A model generated the notes under the pieces. It saw only the letters and a program-made list of their open reading frames with translations, ran no database searches and had not been told where the DNA came from. The position numbers were made by a program, and so were the translations under genes. Positions 12,601 to 22,447 of a stretch of DNA of 34,121 nucleotides are shown piece after piece. Origin of the DNA: Stramenopiles sp. TOSAG23-2 (taxonomy: Eukaryota); the NCBI GenBank assembly GCA_900128395.1, contig LT649352.1:1-34121 (forward strand), given 5' to 3'. Within the stretch, counting starts at the first letter, position 1; every line of letters begins with the position of its first letter.

Positions 12601-14218
12601 GAAAAAAAGCCTGGAAAAAATTGAGTCAATGAAAGCAAAAAGAGGAACTTATGCTCAAAAGATGAAAAAGGCAGCAGCCGTTCCATCAACAGGGAAAAAA
12701 GGACCAAAAACAAGATGGTTGAATGAATACAAACGGTATGCAAGAGAATTGCGGGAAAAGATGGAATCTGGCGATACGGATTTAGAAAAAATAGCAATTG
12801 AGATGAAGAAGGTAAATAAAAGGCATTCATATTTGATGGTAAACATGGCAAAGTCCCCAGACAAAATATCACCAGAGTTCAAAGAAATGTCCAAGGAGAT
12901 GGCACTTGTTCGAGGGCGAAAAAAAGCATTGACAGAGGTGAGGGACGAAATCTTAAATGAACGTGGGGCTTCAAATGCAAATCTCGCCCCGGCAGAAATT
13001 AGCAAAGCAGAAAAAGAAAAGGAGGAAGCAAAAAGATTAATCAGAGTGAAACGCGCGAAATACTGGGAAAACCAAATGCAGCAAAACGAGGATGCAATTA
13101 AGGAAGAATATAGAAAGGTAAAGAAAAGAAGAGATGAGAAATTGCAGAAAGAGAAACTCAATGTATATAGGAATGCAAATGGAACCGTTGTTGAAGTCTT
13201 CAAAAGAAGAAAAGATGAATATTTTAGAGGTGTAATAGAATTTCAATCGAATAAACCAGGCCATGAGATTCTATATGGTATTATTGTGTATTTGAACACA
13301 AATAAAAAACCATATGATTCTGGCCCAATATATGAGACAAGATATGAAGCTGCACTCCAATATGATTTCTTGGTCAGAAATTTACTCGGTGTAAAACTCA
13401 GTGAAGGTTTTGTCAATTTTAGTTATAATTCCAGTCTACGAGTAGCACCATTCAATCAATTCAAATATTATTCCAATTTACGTAGTGAAAAATATTTTGT
13501 AGAAGATACCGATACCGCTATAGTAAAAAGATACGTGAAAGGTGGAAACAATAATCACATTAGATCATTGGTTTATTGTCCAATTTCTGGGAAAGGATTC
13601 GATAACGAATTAGCATTTGGAGAATATTTCATAACTACGCATATGGAAGTACAAAATATTAAAACGCAAAAATTGCAGGAAAATTCATTATTAGGTAACA
13701 CTCTCTCCACCGTATTTACAAAGAATGCGAAAAATGTAGGATATAACAGTAACTTCCCCTCAGCGAATCAGCTGATGCATTATTCCACTAATAAGAAAGC
13801 AACTACCATAACTTTAAGTGCACGCAAATTTAAGAGTAGTAGCCAAAAAAGCACGAAGATTAAATTATCACCTAGATCCAGTCAAAGAAAATCTTTCCCA
13901 TGTACCGTTTGTAACGCGGTCTTAATGAGTAGAGATAGTTTTAAGAAACATATGTACGTACAACATCAAGGTGGAAGAGAATCATGGCAGTGTCATATGT
14001 GCAAGAGTGTTCTAGGTTCTAAAGACAGTTTGAAACGGCACTATAGACATGTTCATCAAATTGATCGAAGTATCATTATGGTGGAAGATGGGCATCAATG
14101 CGATATTTGTAAATTATTTTTTGGTACTAATGAAAGTTTAGTAAAACATAAGGACGAAACTATTTGTACGCCAAGACTTGCTTCAGTTGATGGTGCATGT
14201 ATTGTGGTTCCTAAATAA
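1277..14218 (+). CDS. Giant DDT/WHIM-WSD (BAZ/ISWI-partner-like) multidomain chromatin protein with bromodomain, two AP2, ARID, HMG-box, PDZ and C2H2 fingers
   Basis: Uninterrupted 4313-aa ORF. Motifs: bromodomain IFLEPVD..DYNDVIKKPMDF..NCCTYN; AP2 FHGV..LGIFSTITEAARAFDKAA..ARLNF; DDT-like CMHVAECFDLFSKAF..LGQMHILLMRAI; ARID PVLNRESIDMYMLYSWVIKRGGY..W..YEKYL; HMG MADLLKDVSQKWDNLD..YEDLA; WHIM1 YSALNAAEKILVLSWLCD; WSD IGEDRYYNRYWYF..LNPEGRRESKL; PDZ VQLGDFVVSVDGVNV; second AP2 YFRGV..YETRYEAALQYD; C2H2 fingers at the C-terminus. Confidence 0.93.
2568..2603 (+). repeat. (AAT)n coding microsatellite (poly-Asn)
   Basis: Run of aat triplets in frame; a similar tract lies at about 1363-1390. Confidence 0.9.
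6636..6705 (+). repeat. (GAA/GAG)n coding repeat (poly-Glu acidic tract)
   Basis: gaagaagaa... encoding a long Glu run ending ..DEEEEDD. Confidence 0.9.
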
Positions 14219-14698
14219 TTATGAGAATACGGGGGTCGTAAATAATTTTTTATATTATATGACATATATATATGATTATATGATATATTGATTTTTTTAC
14301 TTCGTATAAATTTAACGAGTAATAACCCCCCCCCTTCTTTTTTGCGTAGTTTTTTTTTCTATGTGCATTAGAAAATATTTTTTTATGATTAATGCATTTA
14401 TAAACTGATACACTGTGTACTGATGAAATGTATGACACTGATATAATTCGTATCATACGTGTAATATTTTGATATATATATATATGAGAGGAAGTTATGT
14501 ACTTCGTATGATATGATATCATACATTTAATATTAATATATTATATATATACCATTATTATATGTCTCATTAAATTAAAAAACATCTCATTTTTTATGCA
14601 GAGAGATACAAATTATATCATATTTTGGTATGATACGAAGATCTATTTTCGACATATCATATCATATTTCCGACACACACATACACACTCCTCTTGCT

Positions 14699-15658
14699 TT
14701 ATTTTTGACTCTTATGATGGCTACTATGATGATGTGACGATTTTGTATGATGATTATGATGATGATGATGAGTATGGTGTTGACTTGTTTTTTTATCATT
14801 ATTACTATTCGTTTTTTCCTTGGCAGCTGTTTTTGCCTTATGTATATCACTGTAAGTTTTGCTGCTTTTCATTAATTTTTTTAATATCTCGTGAGCTGGA
14901 TGCACAGAATCATCATCATCAGTAGCAGCAGATGTTGAATCCTTTGAACTAGTACTTTTTGACGTCTTTATCAATTTCTTGTTACTATTAATGGATGATA
15001 TTTCCTTGTTTACAGGCGACTTAGATAATTTTGACATGTCGTTGTTAGATGATACAATCGATTTTGGTATGGTTAAACCTTCATGTAGTTGATGGATTTT
15101 AGCTAAATATACACTTCCATGTTTTTTCTTCCGATTTAATAATCGTGATATGACATCGTGGCTAAATTTCCTTTGCGGAGTTATTGTTGGAGGAGCTGGA
15201 GGCGGCCCATCTTTCGCTGCACGTGCTAACACTATATTTTGCCCAGCATAAACTTGTTGCATAGTTTGTTGATATTGCTGTACTTGTTGTTGTTGAGCTT
15301 GCATTTGCATTTGTATATTTTCTTCATATAAATTCTTCATATGTAGGTTATTTTTGACCGTCAACATTTTCTTATCCATAATTTCTTTATGATGCAATTT
15401 CATCGCTTCTTCATCCAATTTCTTTTTTTCTGTTTTAGGCAGTACAGGTTTTTGTCCTTTTCTGTAAGCAGATGGTTTGTTCATCATCTTATTATTATTA
15501 TTGTGACTATTTTTAGTATGATGAATATCAAGTGTTGACATGACTCTAGGTTCAGATGCATTTGTGGTTCCTATAAAAAATATTTGACAATATATAATTA
15601 TCATAGCTATTATATAATATATATGTAATAATGGAATATTTGAACGTTGATGATGCAT
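14699..15658 (-). CDS. Secreted low-complexity protein with His-rich C-terminus, unknown function
   Basis: 319-aa ORF; signal-peptide-like IYYIIAMIIIYCQIFFIGTTNA; Gln-rich segment, PPPAPP, Ser/Lys-rich region; tail HHTHHHHHNHHTKSSHHHSSHHK. Confidence 0.75.
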   Translation of the reverse strand: MHHQRSNIPLLHIYYIIAMIIIYCQIFFIGTTNASEPRVMSTLDIHHTKNSHNNNNKMMNKPSAYRKGQKPVLPKTEKKKLDEEAMKLHHKEIMDKKMLTVKNNLHMKNLYEENIQMQMQAQQQQVQQYQQTMQQVYAGQNIVLARAAKDGPPPAPPTITPQRKFSHDVISRLLNRKKKHGSVYLAKIHQLHEGLTIPKSIVSSNNDMSKLSKSPVNKEISSINSNKKLIKTSKSTSSKDSTSAATDDDDSVHPAHEILKKLMKSSKTYSDIHKAKTAAKEKTNSNNDKKTSQHHTHHHHHNHHTKSSHHHSSHHKSQK

Positions 15659-15856
15659 ATTGTATATGTATATATATATATATAAATTTGATTTGCTTTT
15701 TGTTTTATTTTATTATGTGTGAGTAAATACGTAGATAATTATAAAATGATCAACAATGATATATCTATATATATATATCTATAAATCTCTATGTATAATG
15801 AAAATAGTTGTGTGGAAGTGTATATTCAACAATTTGTTCTCTTAATTCATATATAT

Positions 15857-16237
15857 ATCCGGATGTGATGAGCAAAAAATATTGGGAGGAGAGGCCCGTA
15901 AAATAAGACGAGATGAAAACCTCCTCAAAACAGGGGGGTTGAAATAAGTACAGATTTAGTATACTATAGATATAGATTTATATAGGATAATATAAAAAAA
16001 TCGGATATTCTAGATATTTTCCTCCAACTTAACATTGGCCATTTTTGGATTTTATGGATTTATGATCTTCCAAGATCTACACATATCAAATATCTATAGT
16101 ATACTAAATATGTACTTATTTCAACCCAACTACCACACTGGTGGTATTTTGAGTTTTGAGGAGGTTTTCATCCTACTGGCCTACTTATTTACAAGGATTA
16201 GGATGGGGATATGCTCTGCAAATATTTTTTTCCGGAT
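15857..16237. mobile_element. Fold-back / MITE-like non-coding element with long inverted arms
   Basis: 15912-15931 is the exact reverse complement of 16153-16172 (20/20); 15936-15973 pairs with 16090-16127 (37/38); degenerate outer arms end in TCCGGAT/ATCCGGA. The inverted repeat is certain, mobility is inferred. Confidence 0.55.
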
Positions 16238-16282
16238 GAATCACTTCTAAAAATTTAAATATAAATCACGGCAAATATATAT

Positions 16283-16323
16283 TATAAGACTACGGAAATT
16301 TATACTCAACGTTCAAAAATATA
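16283..16323 (+). repeat. 41-bp dispersed repeat, copy 1 (copy 2 at 31133-31173)
   Basis: TATAAGACTACGGAAATTTATACTCAACGTTCAAAAATATA; 37/41 identical to copy 2, no gaps. Confidence 0.85.
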
Positions 16324-16885
16324 TCGGCCCAAGATGACAAATTCATGATATCACGATATCACATAAAAATCTAGAAAGATAAAAAATCATAATCAGCACA
16401 TCTTAATCTTCTTTTGGCACAGATCTCGATCTTTTTCCATCAGGTTTGATTAATATATCGATATATAATACCATGGAAATAGTATTACAGTTTTAGTTTG
16501 GATATATTTGGATTCTGCTTGCAATTTATTAAAAGATATTATTTTCCAATCACACAGGTTCAAGTCGAACACTCCATGACGCTATTTACCTGCTATTTAC
16601 CTCCTATCAAATAACCATAGTAAATAGTTATACTTAAAAGGCACCGGAATCCACACAATTTTCCATCAAAAGAAGGGAAAAGAGGATTTAGATAAATGTA
16701 TTTATAGATGCACAGGTAGATCTTAGCAAGTTATTATAGTTGATATTATAGAAATACAACTCTTATTATATTCAAAAATAACAACCCAATCGTAGTATTG
16801 TACACAAAGAAAAAAATTTAGTATATAAATATAACATATATTTAAAATAAAAAAATATTAATATAAAAAAAAATATAAAATCATC

Positions 16886-18163
16886 ATGTTATCCAAACTT
16901 TCACAAACATTTACAAAACGTGTTGTTGCAACAACATCACGTAAATTTCATACAACACCTGCTGCCGCAGATAAAATTGTATGCGTTTTATACCCAGATG
17001 CAGAGGAAGGTCATCCACCAAATTACATCCGTGAAGACATTCCTGAAATCACTGGATATGCTGATGGTACTACAACACCATCCCCATCGAAAATTGATTT
17101 CACTCCTGGTGACTTATTAGGTTGTGTATCTGGTAAACTTGGTTTACAACAATGGGCAGATGAAAACGGCCACGAGTTAGTTATTACCGCTGATAAAGAT
17201 GGTGATGGCTGTCAATTAGAAAAAGAATTAGCAGATGCACATTACGTCATCTCGCAGCCATTTTACCCGGCATACATGACGGCAGAGAGACAAGCTATGG
17301 CGCCAAACTTGAAAATGGCTATTACCGCAGGTATTGGTAGTGACCACGTTGATTTGGAAGCTGCTATTAAAAATAATGTGGATGTATCCGAAGTTACATT
17401 TTGTAACAGTATTAGTGTTGCTGAACATGTTGTTATGATGATCTTATCATTGGTAAGAAATTACATTCCATCGTACAAGATTATCTGTGACGGCGGATGG
17501 AATATCGCCGATGCTGTCAAACGCTCATACGATGTTGAAGGTATGAAAGTTGGTACAGTAGCTGCTGGACGTATCGGTTTAGCCGTATTGAGACGTATGG
17601 CACCATTTGATTGCGAATTGCATTATTGTGATCGTCATCGTTTACCAAAAGATGTGGAAGACGAGCTTAACTTGACTTACTGGGAAAACTGGCAAGATAT
17701 GGCAAAAGAAATGGACGTAGTCACCTTGAATTGCCCATTGCACCCAGAAACGGAACATATGGTGAACTCAGAAACCATTAATTTGTTCAAAAAAGGTGCA
17801 TACATTGTGAACACGGCACGTGGTAAATTATGTGATAAAGATGTAATTGCAAAAGCATTGCGTGAAAATCGTATTGGTGGATATGCTGGTGATGTATGGT
17901 TCCCACAACCACCACCAGGTGACCATCCATGGAGAGATATGCCATACCATGGCATGACACCTCATATTTCTGGTACAAGTTTATCTGCACAAACACGTTA
18001 TGCAGCGGGTGTTCGTGAAATTTTGGAAAATCATATGGCTGGTACCCCAATTCGTGATGAATACCAAATTGTTACTAATGGTAAACTTGCTGGTGTTGGT
18101 GCACATAGTTACAGTGAAGGTAATGCAACTGGCGGTTCCGAAGATGCAGTTGGTAAAGTTTAA
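16886..18163 (+). CDS. fdh: NAD-dependent formate dehydrogenase, bacterial type, with N-terminal mitochondrial-type presequence
   Basis: Motifs KIVCVLY, ISQPFYPAY, TAGIGSDHVDL, CNSISVAEH, Rossmann AAGRIG, YCDRH (NAD-selective Asp), NTARG, GDVWFPQP, TPHISG; C-terminus GAHSYSEGNATGGSE as in Pseudomonas sp. 101-type FDH. No introns. Confidence 0.97.
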   Translation: MLSKLSQTFTKRVVATTSRKFHTTPAAADKIVCVLYPDAEEGHPPNYIREDIPEITGYADGTTTPSPSKIDFTPGDLLGCVSGKLGLQQWADENGHELVITADKDGDGCQLEKELADAHYVISQPFYPAYMTAERQAMAPNLKMAITAGIGSDHVDLEAAIKNNVDVSEVTFCNSISVAEHVVMMILSLVRNYIPSYKIICDGGWNIADAVKRSYDVEGMKVGTVAAGRIGLAVLRRMAPFDCELHYCDRHRLPKDVEDELNLTYWENWQDMAKEMDVVTLNCPLHPETEHMVNSETINLFKKGAYIVNTARGKLCDKDVIAKALRENRIGGYAGDVWFPQPPPGDHPWRDMPYHGMTPHISGTSLSAQTRYAAGVREILENHMAGTPIRDEYQIVTNGKLAGVGAHSYSEGNATGGSEDAVGKV

Positions 18164-18814
18164 ATAAATTTTCCTTTTTTTTGTAACAAAAAACAAACCA
18201 ACCCAAAGAAAAAAAGTGGATGAAAATTTGTATGTGTAATGTATACGTATATATATATACGTATATGATAGAAGAACAATTGATCAACAAGGTAAAGCAC
18301 AAATGCAATACATATATATATATGCATGTATGAAATTTTTAAATTGGAGTACATAGATACGTATATACATATAGCATTTGTTTTTAAACGGGCCCACTAT
18401 AGAAAAAAAATAAAAATAAACAATCCCTTGTAGTTTTTTAAATTGTTCTTTGGAAAATATGTGTTTTTACAAAGAGTGTAAAAGAAAAAGAGAACACAGG
18501 AATATGTATATATATATATATTACATTTGAGAAGAGAGTTTAAGTTTATTTTAAATGGAAATATATATAATATACGAAGTACCAAAAATAAAAAGTAAAA
18601 AAACAATTTTTATGCGTGTGTGAAAATTTTTTATTGTGTGTGTACGTTCTAGTATTTGACCTATCATACCTAATAATTACTATATATTTTCTTTCACATA
18701 TTTTTTTACAAAAGTGATGATGTATCCAATGTTTAAAATTTTCTATTTATATTTTCATTTATTTCTTCGATTTCTTTACATATTATTTATTATTCTATTA
18801 ATTATTCGTATAAA

Positions 18815-19099
18815 CTACCTTTTGAAACTTCTTACTACTTTTCTATATAAAATTGCAGCTAATAATGCAAATAATATTATTGCTAAATTAAACATTGTTA
18901 TCGCAATCCAATAACAAAATGTTCCCTTTTCACCAAAAATACTAGTATCATTATTATTAGATATCTTATTGTTATTGTCATGATCATCTGTTTTATTTAA
19001 AAGTTTTGCTTCTGCATTTTTAATTTCTTCGTCATTTAAATAATCAACATTGATACTCCGCCGTTGCCTCATTTTTTTTACATCTTTATACAATATCAT
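18815..19099 (-). CDS. Small single-pass (tail-anchored-like) membrane protein
   Basis: 94-aa ORF: hydrophilic N-terminus, one TM segment YWIAITMFNLAIILFALLAAILY, then basic RKVVRSFKR. Start (M1 or M10) and possible extra exons are uncertain. Confidence 0.55.
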   Translation of the reverse strand: MILYKDVKKMRQRRSINVDYLNDEEIKNAEAKLLNKTDDHDNNNKISNNNDTSIFGEKGTFCYWIAITMFNLAIILFALLAAILYRKVVRSFKR

Positions 19100-19374
19100 T
19101 TGATCTATACATCACAGTATATTATTTTTTCATTATTATTTATTATATTGAATATTGGCACATTGTTGATGAAAAAAGTGAGCTTTTTTGCGTGCACCTC
19201 TCTTTTGAATAATAATTATATATGTCGAATCAAATGAAATATAGTTGTGGTAATACTATAAGTTCGATATATAACTTCTGATAAAACAAATCCTTTACTA
19301 TTGTCTAAGAAAAAATCACAAAGTATTAATAATAACAACAACAACAACAAGTAGAAGTAAAAATAAACAACAAC

Positions 19375-20562
19375 ATGCCACGTGGTGCAAAAAAACCTCG
19401 TCGTCGTTCATCATCTAGAAAAAAAATTAATAATAATGATAAGAAAAAGAAAACATCAACGGCAACAATGCAAAATATTGAAGAAGAGAAGGAACGCGTA
19501 TGGCATCTTGTCAGGCCATTGTTTGTATTATTTGGAGCTGGTTTAGTCATGAACTTTTCGATGTATGTAGAAGAACATCCAACTGGTGGTGTACCAGATG
19601 GTGATCCAAATACAATTTTAGATACTGGTTTTGTTGCAACAAGAAATGCACATCAATATCTGTCAAATCATCGTTTTATTAATGATATTGCTGCATTTGG
19701 AAATTCTATTTTAGTTGTATTTGCATTAGTATATGTTGGATATATTGCGTTGTGGATTGGTGATTTTGGATTGACATTTCGTTTATTATCTTGCCAATTC
19801 TTTCGTGCATATTGTGGTTGGTTTACATATTTACCACCATCACCAGAATTCTTACAAAGTAATTATGATGTCCCAGAACTATTTAACTCTGGTGCAATAG
19901 GTGAAATGTTACAATTGAAATTTCCTGTTACCGTAGTTGATGGAGAAGCTGGTTTAATACCATTTGTTAGTTTCTTTAGTGGTCATGTAGCAAATATTGT
20001 AATTGTTGCAAATCATATGTATATCAATGGATATAAAAAATTAGGAATTTTATTTCATGTATTAAATTGTTTACAAGTATATAGATTATTAGCAACGCGT
20101 GGTCATTATTCAATTGATATCATTGTTGGATTTGTTGTTGCTATTCATGTAACTAATCCAGCAGAACGATTAGGTTTATATTTTTCCTCTGTATCAAGAA
20201 AAGAACTACGTAGATTACGTAAACAACCAGCGGAGAAAAATATATTTATTAAATATTTTGAAAACATTATTGATGTAGAAAACAATACATTTACTACATT
20301 ACGTAAATCAAATCCAATTCAAAAACCACCATTAAGAGAATTAGCTGAAAATTTAGAAGAAATAGGTAATAGGAAATATACAGAAATTGGCGATGTGGTG
20401 ACCCAATCATTAAATGATACGCCGCAAAATATAAGAAAACATTTAGAAACAATGAATCAATCATATAATCAGATGCTTGAAAATTTAACTGAACGACATG
20501 AACAAAACATGAGAAAATTGGAGGAAAATATAAAAGAAGTAGAAAGGAAATTCAGGAATTAA
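19375..20562 (+). CDS. Phosphatidylcholine:diacylglycerol cholinephosphotransferase (PDCT/ROD1)-like, PAP2/SMS superfamily
   Basis: Multiple TM helices; DTGFVAT; FFSGHVA and RLLATRGHYSIDI (His/His/Asp triad), closely resembling plant ROD1 FSGHVA / RLLGTRGHYTIDL; coiled-coil-like C-terminal tail. Confidence 0.85.
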   Translation: MPRGAKKPRRRSSSRKKINNNDKKKKTSTATMQNIEEEKERVWHLVRPLFVLFGAGLVMNFSMYVEEHPTGGVPDGDPNTILDTGFVATRNAHQYLSNHRFINDIAAFGNSILVVFALVYVGYIALWIGDFGLTFRLLSCQFFRAYCGWFTYLPPSPEFLQSNYDVPELFNSGAIGEMLQLKFPVTVVDGEAGLIPFVSFFSGHVANIVIVANHMYINGYKKLGILFHVLNCLQVYRLLATRGHYSIDIIVGFVVAIHVTNPAERLGLYFSSVSRKELRRLRKQPAEKNIFIKYFENIIDVENNTFTTLRKSNPIQKPPLRELAENLEEIGNRKYTEIGDVVTQSLNDTPQNIRKHLETMNQSYNQMLENLTERHEQNMRKLEENIKEVERKFRN

Positions 20563-20700
20563 AATTATTAAAGTATTCAGTACATGCGATTTGTTTCCGA
20601 GAGTGGTATGATATATATATATATATATAGCTATATCTGTTTATATTTATTAAAGCCCGTTCAACGAACGAACATGGAAGGATAGAAACCTACACATGCT

Positions 20701-21116
20701 TGTAATAGAGTATTAGTTTGCAGACGTGCATTAGAGCTTTATACTACTACGAAAAATATTTCGTGTTGTAGGATTGAATTAATATTCCTGCTGAGATAGA
20801 GTATTGAGGCATAATATTTATATATATACCACATATATAAGGAAGTAAAAATTTATTATTAAGTGTGTTAGATTTTTAGACTATCCTTACTTTTTAATTA
20901 TATATAATTTTTACGGTGTGTGTATTTTATTTTTTTAAAAGATCTACTTCGTATCTTGTGTCATGTAATGTAATAGTCTATGCGCAGTATAGTTTTGCAG
21001 AGGGTGCATTAGAGCTTCGTATAGTAGGATAGAGTATTATTCTTGTGATTGAGTAATGAGCATATTACTTAACACGGGAAGTGTAAAATTATTATAAATA
21101 AACACTTAGATTTTAA
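20701..21116 (+). repeat. Degenerate direct repeat pair (~20701-20878 and ~20969-21116)
   Basis: Collinear shared blocks TGTAATAG, TAGTTT(T)GCAGA, GTGCATTAGAGCTT, GTAGGAT, GAGTA(T/A)TGAG, GGAAGT, TTAGATTTT. Confidence 0.7.
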
Positions 21117-21267
21117 CCAATATTTTTTTATTTTATTACTCGTATGTCTTAATGCATATATATATCATAATGTAATATGTGTGAAATGCATTTTTATTTT
21201 TTTTAAAAAGTTTATAAAAGTATTTATGGTACGATCCCTAACCCCCCACTTAATTTTTTTTATATTT

Positions 21268-21996
21268 TTACAATTCTTCATTCGTATCTCCTACAGTGAT
21301 GTCTTCATATGGTAATATTTCAAGATATAATTCTAAAAATGCATTTGGTGGAATTCCTTTATAATAATTTCCCATTTCACCATGTCCTTTATCAGGTGGA
21401 ATGATTATTCTTGCCATTTCGCCATAATGCATATGGTGCTCAATAATCTCTTCAAATCCTTCTTCGATATGTTTATTATGTCTCAATTCATGGAAAAACG
21501 AATGTCCCGTATCATAATTTTGTAGATTCACAATGCGTTTATGACTTACAACAAATTCCAACGGTTTATCTGGATGTGATAATGAATGTATATGTTCTCG
21601 ATTATGTAACAGATACATTTTGTAAAGGAGTTTTATTTTATCATTTTGTTTTATTTTTCGTTTGTTACTTTGATCAACACCTTCCACATGACCAATAATT
21701 TTATATTGCATTCCAGTAAATTTATGCGTATTTCTATCTTCAACCATATTATAACCTGTATCCGGGATACCGTCTTCCTCTTTTCTTCTCAATTCATTGC
21801 GATATTGAGTTACCCATTCCATTTCATCATGCTTCTCTTCGTTTCTCCCTTTCAAATCGTGTTTCATATTTGTATGATATAATGAATCAATATTGTAAAT
21901 ACATGAATTGATGATAATCATACAAAGGATGATAATGGTATTACTAATAATAATGGATTGAACAACACCACGTCGAGTAGTAGTATATTTGTTCAT
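21268..21996 (-). CDS. Secretory-pathway FKBP-type PPIase-like protein (divergent)
   Basis: N-terminal hydrophobic signal/anchor; FKBP C-half GFEEIIEHHMHYGEMARIIIPPDKGHG..GIPPNAFLELYLEIL; C-terminal NEEL resembles an ER-retrieval signal. Confidence 0.85.
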   Translation of the reverse strand: MNKYTTTRRGVVQSIIISNTIIILCMIIINSCIYNIDSLYHTNMKHDLKGRNEEKHDEMEWVTQYRNELRRKEEDGIPDTGYNMVEDRNTHKFTGMQYKIIGHVEGVDQSNKRKIKQNDKIKLLYKMYLLHNREHIHSLSHPDKPLEFVVSHKRIVNLQNYDTGHSFFHELRHNKHIEEGFEEIIEHHMHYGEMARIIIPPDKGHGEMGNYYKGIPPNAFLELYLEILPYEDITVGDTNEEL

Positions 21997-22447
21997 TCTT
22001 TTTTTCTTTGATTAAATAAAAAATACAAATTATTTAAATTATAAACTAATATTTCTTTTTATATTAAAACACAAAGATACATATGTATGCAAATATATAT
22101 AATCAGGAAAACATGGCATGACGATCCACGCCATGTATAAAATAAATTTGTTGTAAAAATATATATTTTTACTCAAAATTTGTACAATTTAAAAATGTGT
22201 CCAATCATCGGGTTCTGTTTGTTCTTCTGATTTTTTGATATTATATAGCACAATTGTACTTATTAGAATATAAAAGGAAGCTTTAATATTTTATTAAAAA
22301 ATCAGTTTTTTTTTTTGCTGTGTCTAATATTAGATATTACAGTATTTAGAATAGTTGATCAGTGTATATTGTACAGTGTTTTGTTTTAACAGAGTTAATA
22401 TTATATTACATTTATATAGTGCTGTGTAGTATTTTTTTAAATAAATT

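Noticed and set aside
1351-13264. Many antisense and alternate-frame ORFs overlapping the giant gene (and similar ones over other genes)
   Set aside because: Shadow ORFs of Lys/Glu/Asn-rich coding sequence with no motifs.
14294-14325. ACTTCGTATA resembles a loxP arm
   Set aside because: No correctly spaced second arm and no recombinase in the window; explained by the TACTTCGTA motif.
16557-16570. GGTTCAAGTC resembles a tRNA T-loop / B-box
   Set aside because: No cloverleaf, T-stem or A-box can be built around it.
22111-22136. Hairpin ACATGGCATG-acgatc-CACGCCATGT, possible Helitron end
   Set aside because: No CTRR terminus at the expected distance; an isolated short stem.
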